This document shows, one piece after another, positions 61,190-64,000 of a stretch of DNA of 64,000 nucleotides; positions within the stretch are counted from its first letter, which is position 1, and every line of letters begins with the position of its first letter. Source of the stretch: Macrostomum lignano (taxonomy: Eukaryota); the NCBI GenBank assembly GCA_002269645.1, contig NIVC01001274.1, positions 124,001-188,000 of the forward strand. Reading direction: 5' to 3'. The notes under the pieces are model-generated. The model was not told where the DNA came from and did no database searches. It worked only from the letters and a program-made list of their open reading frames with translations. The position numbers were made by a program, and so were the translations under genes.

Positions 61190-64000
61190 AGGAAGTCGAG
61201 ATCAACAGCGAACTGTCCGAAGACCAACGACAGAGAGTGCGAGATCTACTAGTTAAGTGTCCAGCAGCCTTCTCGAAGCACCTGCTAGACGCTGGCCTGA
61301 CACACCTGGTGACCCACGAGATCATCCTGAAGGATCGGACACCAGTTGCGCTACCACCGCGCAGGATCCCGCCTCATCTGAAGGACAAGCTAGACGCCCT
61401 GCTAGACGAGATGCTGGCGAAGCACATCATTCGCCCAGCTTATTCTAGTTACAACTCACCAATGCTGATAGTGCCCAAGAAGGACGGCAACATCCGGCTG
61501 GTGCATGACTTCAGAGCTCTCAACAAGTGCGTGTACCACCCGTACCCGCTGCCGCACATTCAGGAGACCTTCGCGAAGCTGCGTGGTGCCCAGTGGTACT
61601 CTAGCTTGGATCTCGCTCAAGGATTCTGGCAGATCCCGCTGCGCGACTGCGATCAGCACCTGACGGCGTTCTCTGTGATTGACCGCGGACAATTCTGTTT
61701 CAATGTTCTACCGATGGGTCTCCACGAAAGTCCAGGCAGCTTTCAGCGTTGCATCAATAAGCTCCTGGACGGCCTGACGCCAAAGACTGCGCTTGGCTAC
61801 ATGGATGACATCGTGGTGCACTCCGTGACCTTCGAGGAGCAGCTGGACAACCTGCGGACTGTACTCCAGCGGATTATCGCAGCCAACCTCAAGGTCAAGC
61901 CGAAGAAGTGCCATTTGTTCCTCAAGGAGCTGCATTATCTAGGCCACGTCGTGACTCCCGACGGCCTGAAGACCTGTGAGGACAAGATTGCGCAGATCCG
62001 TGATTGGCCCGTGCCACAGTCCGTTACTCAACTGAGACAATTCCTAGGCCTCGCCAATTACTACCCCAAGTTTGTCAACGGCTACGCTGGATTTGCTGCG
62101 CCGCTGCATGCCCTGACTCGAAAGGACATCGGCAGCCTGCGGCAGCATTGGACTGATGAGCACCAGGTAGCGTTCGACACGCTGAAGAAGAAGTTGTGTT
62201 CGACTGAAGTTCTCGCTCTGCCCGAGTTTAACTCAGATCCTGATGTGAAGTTTGTCCTAGACACTGATGCCTCAGACATTCGCATAGGCGCTTGTCTTGG
62301 ACAACGGCAATCCGACGGCGTCAAGCGCCCAATTGCATTCTTTAGCCGGAAACTTCGTGATCCTGAGAAGCGCTACACGGTCACGAAGAAAAAGCTGCTT
62401 GCAATCGTGGACGCGATGCGACATTTCCGTCATTACTTAATCGGCAAGAAGTTTGAAGTTCGTTCTGACCATCGGGCCTTGCTGTGGCTGCTGAACCAGA
62501 CGCAGGTCACAGGCATCTTGGGCCGTTGGATTGAGCGATTAAGCGAGTTCCGCTTCCAGCTTCACCATCGCAAAGGCAAGGACCACGCCAACGCTGACGC
62601 CCTGTCAAGACGCCCGGAAACACCACCGGTTGACTTCGAACATGGCCGACTGCTGGAGCACCCCGGTTCTGCAGCCCGACCCGGTGATGACACCAGCCTG
62701 GAGCAGGACTTGTACACCACACGTGAGGCCACTGCGAGAGCAGCCCGCACGAAGAAGGTCCACACTCGCAACAAGGAGGCCGAAACTGCCCTGGCCGAAG
62801 ACCTGGAGGCCACTGCGCCAGCAGCCCTTCAGCACGACGACCATCGCTGCAGTCAACGCCTGGAGACCGGTTTGGACACCAACCCGGAGGCCACTGACAC
62901 CTCAGCCCTCCGCAGCGACGCCCACGCCGACTGCCGTTACTTAGAGATTCGCCCGGACAAAACCTCGGAGGCCACTGCCGACGTAGACCTCCTTGATGAT
63001 GTCCAAGACTGCGGATCTCGGAACCTGGAGACGCCCATGGACTACGACTCAGAGGCCACTGAACAAGCAGCCCTACTGATGACAGCCCACAACGCGAATC
63101 CAGACCAGCAATGTAAGTTCAACTCCCCGGAGTTTTGCGCTGAGAGTTCTCGCCGTGTTGACAGAGGCCAGACTCTCGCGACGGCTGCAAGGTCAACGCT
63201 CTGTCCCCCGAGCCGACAGACAGCTGCTCATCGCCTGTGCGAAAAGTCGAGTCCCCCTTTGCGACACCGCCCAGTGCTGGAGAAGACTCACCCAATGACG
63301 ACGATGATCGAGCCGACGGCTACGGCTGCCTGCGACGAGGCGTGCTTCACGTGTTGCGTCTCGCCCTATAGCCAAGAGTCGCCTGGGCTGTGCAGTGGAG
63401 GCAAGTGCACTGCTCCAGCTGCGGAAATTCCTGTCAAGAGAGCGACGATGAGAACTTCGAAACGAGATCAGCGATCGTACGCCGACGTTGTGAGACAAAG
63501 TCCCTCGGAGCGACCTAATCCTGACGCCGACAAGACGGAGTCGTGTGATCAACTGCGAGCCACAGAAGCGGAGACTGCGGGAGTCATGAACCCTCAGCCA
63601 TGCCGCGCCGTGCTCACCGATTTTCTGAGGTTGCCGATGACGCGGCAACAGTTTGTCGACGCGCAGCGCGCCGACCGAGCTATCAGCTACGTGCTCAACT
63701 TGGTCGAGAACAAAGCCCTGAAGCCTGAGTTCGACGCCCGGTTGCGACTGACGAAGGAGCAGCGGAATCTGCTCGGATATTATGATAATCTGCTAGAGGA
63801 CAACGGCCTGCTGATGATCGACCTGACCGACGGCCAGCAGTCCCCGAAGGTTGTCCTGTCTGAGTCTCTTGATGCCCAGGTGCTCCAGGAGCTCCACAGT
63901 TCGTCACTGTGTGGACACCTCGGCCAGACGAAGACGTTGAAGCGGCTACGTGAACGATTCTGGAGGCCCGGACTAGCCCGTGTCACCGAGAACTTTATCA
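61141..64000 (+). CDS. pol: Gypsy Pol RT - RNase H - long insert - integrase N-terminus; open to the window end (not listed in the ORF track, probably because it has no stop)
   Basis: Manual translation shows no stops: SPMLIVPKKDG, LDLAQGFWQ, LPMGL, YMDD (61798-61809), YLGH, FLGLANYY, LDTDASD, SDHRAL, NADALSR, then integrase ELHSSSLCGHLGQTKT...RFWRPG. Confidence 0.92.

Overview
Eukaryotic (metazoan) genomic DNA with spliceosomal GT-AG introns and an extreme density of 16-44 bp minisatellites. The style resembles a repeat-rich flatworm such as Macrostomum, which is inference only. I rebuilt four host genes exon by exon with consistent splice phases: a Frizzled receptor (-, 3 exons, 658 aa), an uncharacterised coiled-coil protein (+), a peroxisomal 2,4-dienoyl-CoA reductase DECR2-like SDR (+, 263 aa) and the long-form RNase Z ELAC2 (-, 18 exons, 876 aa, 26.9-53.6 kb). 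Mobile elements: a hAT-like MITE, a long-TIR MITE, two tRNA-derived SINE families, a 3.85-kb non-autonomous Helitron loaded with minisatellites, and a full-length P-superfamily (THAP) transposon with 37-bp TIRs and a 7-bp TSD nested in the 5' LTR of a Ty3/Gypsy retrotransposon that runs off the window end. Most notable: (1) a ~330-aa insert with a 27-aa repeat between RNase H and integrase in Gypsy Pol; (2) a ~9.7-kb intronic satellite in ELAC2 whose ~400 units each carry a consensus 5' splice site on the sense strand; (3) a Helitron flanked by an 88-bp direct repeat inside a minisatellite; (4) short motifs shared by otherwise unrelated arrays; (5) a possible trans-spliced two-gene operon. There is no CRISPR array or prokaryotic system.
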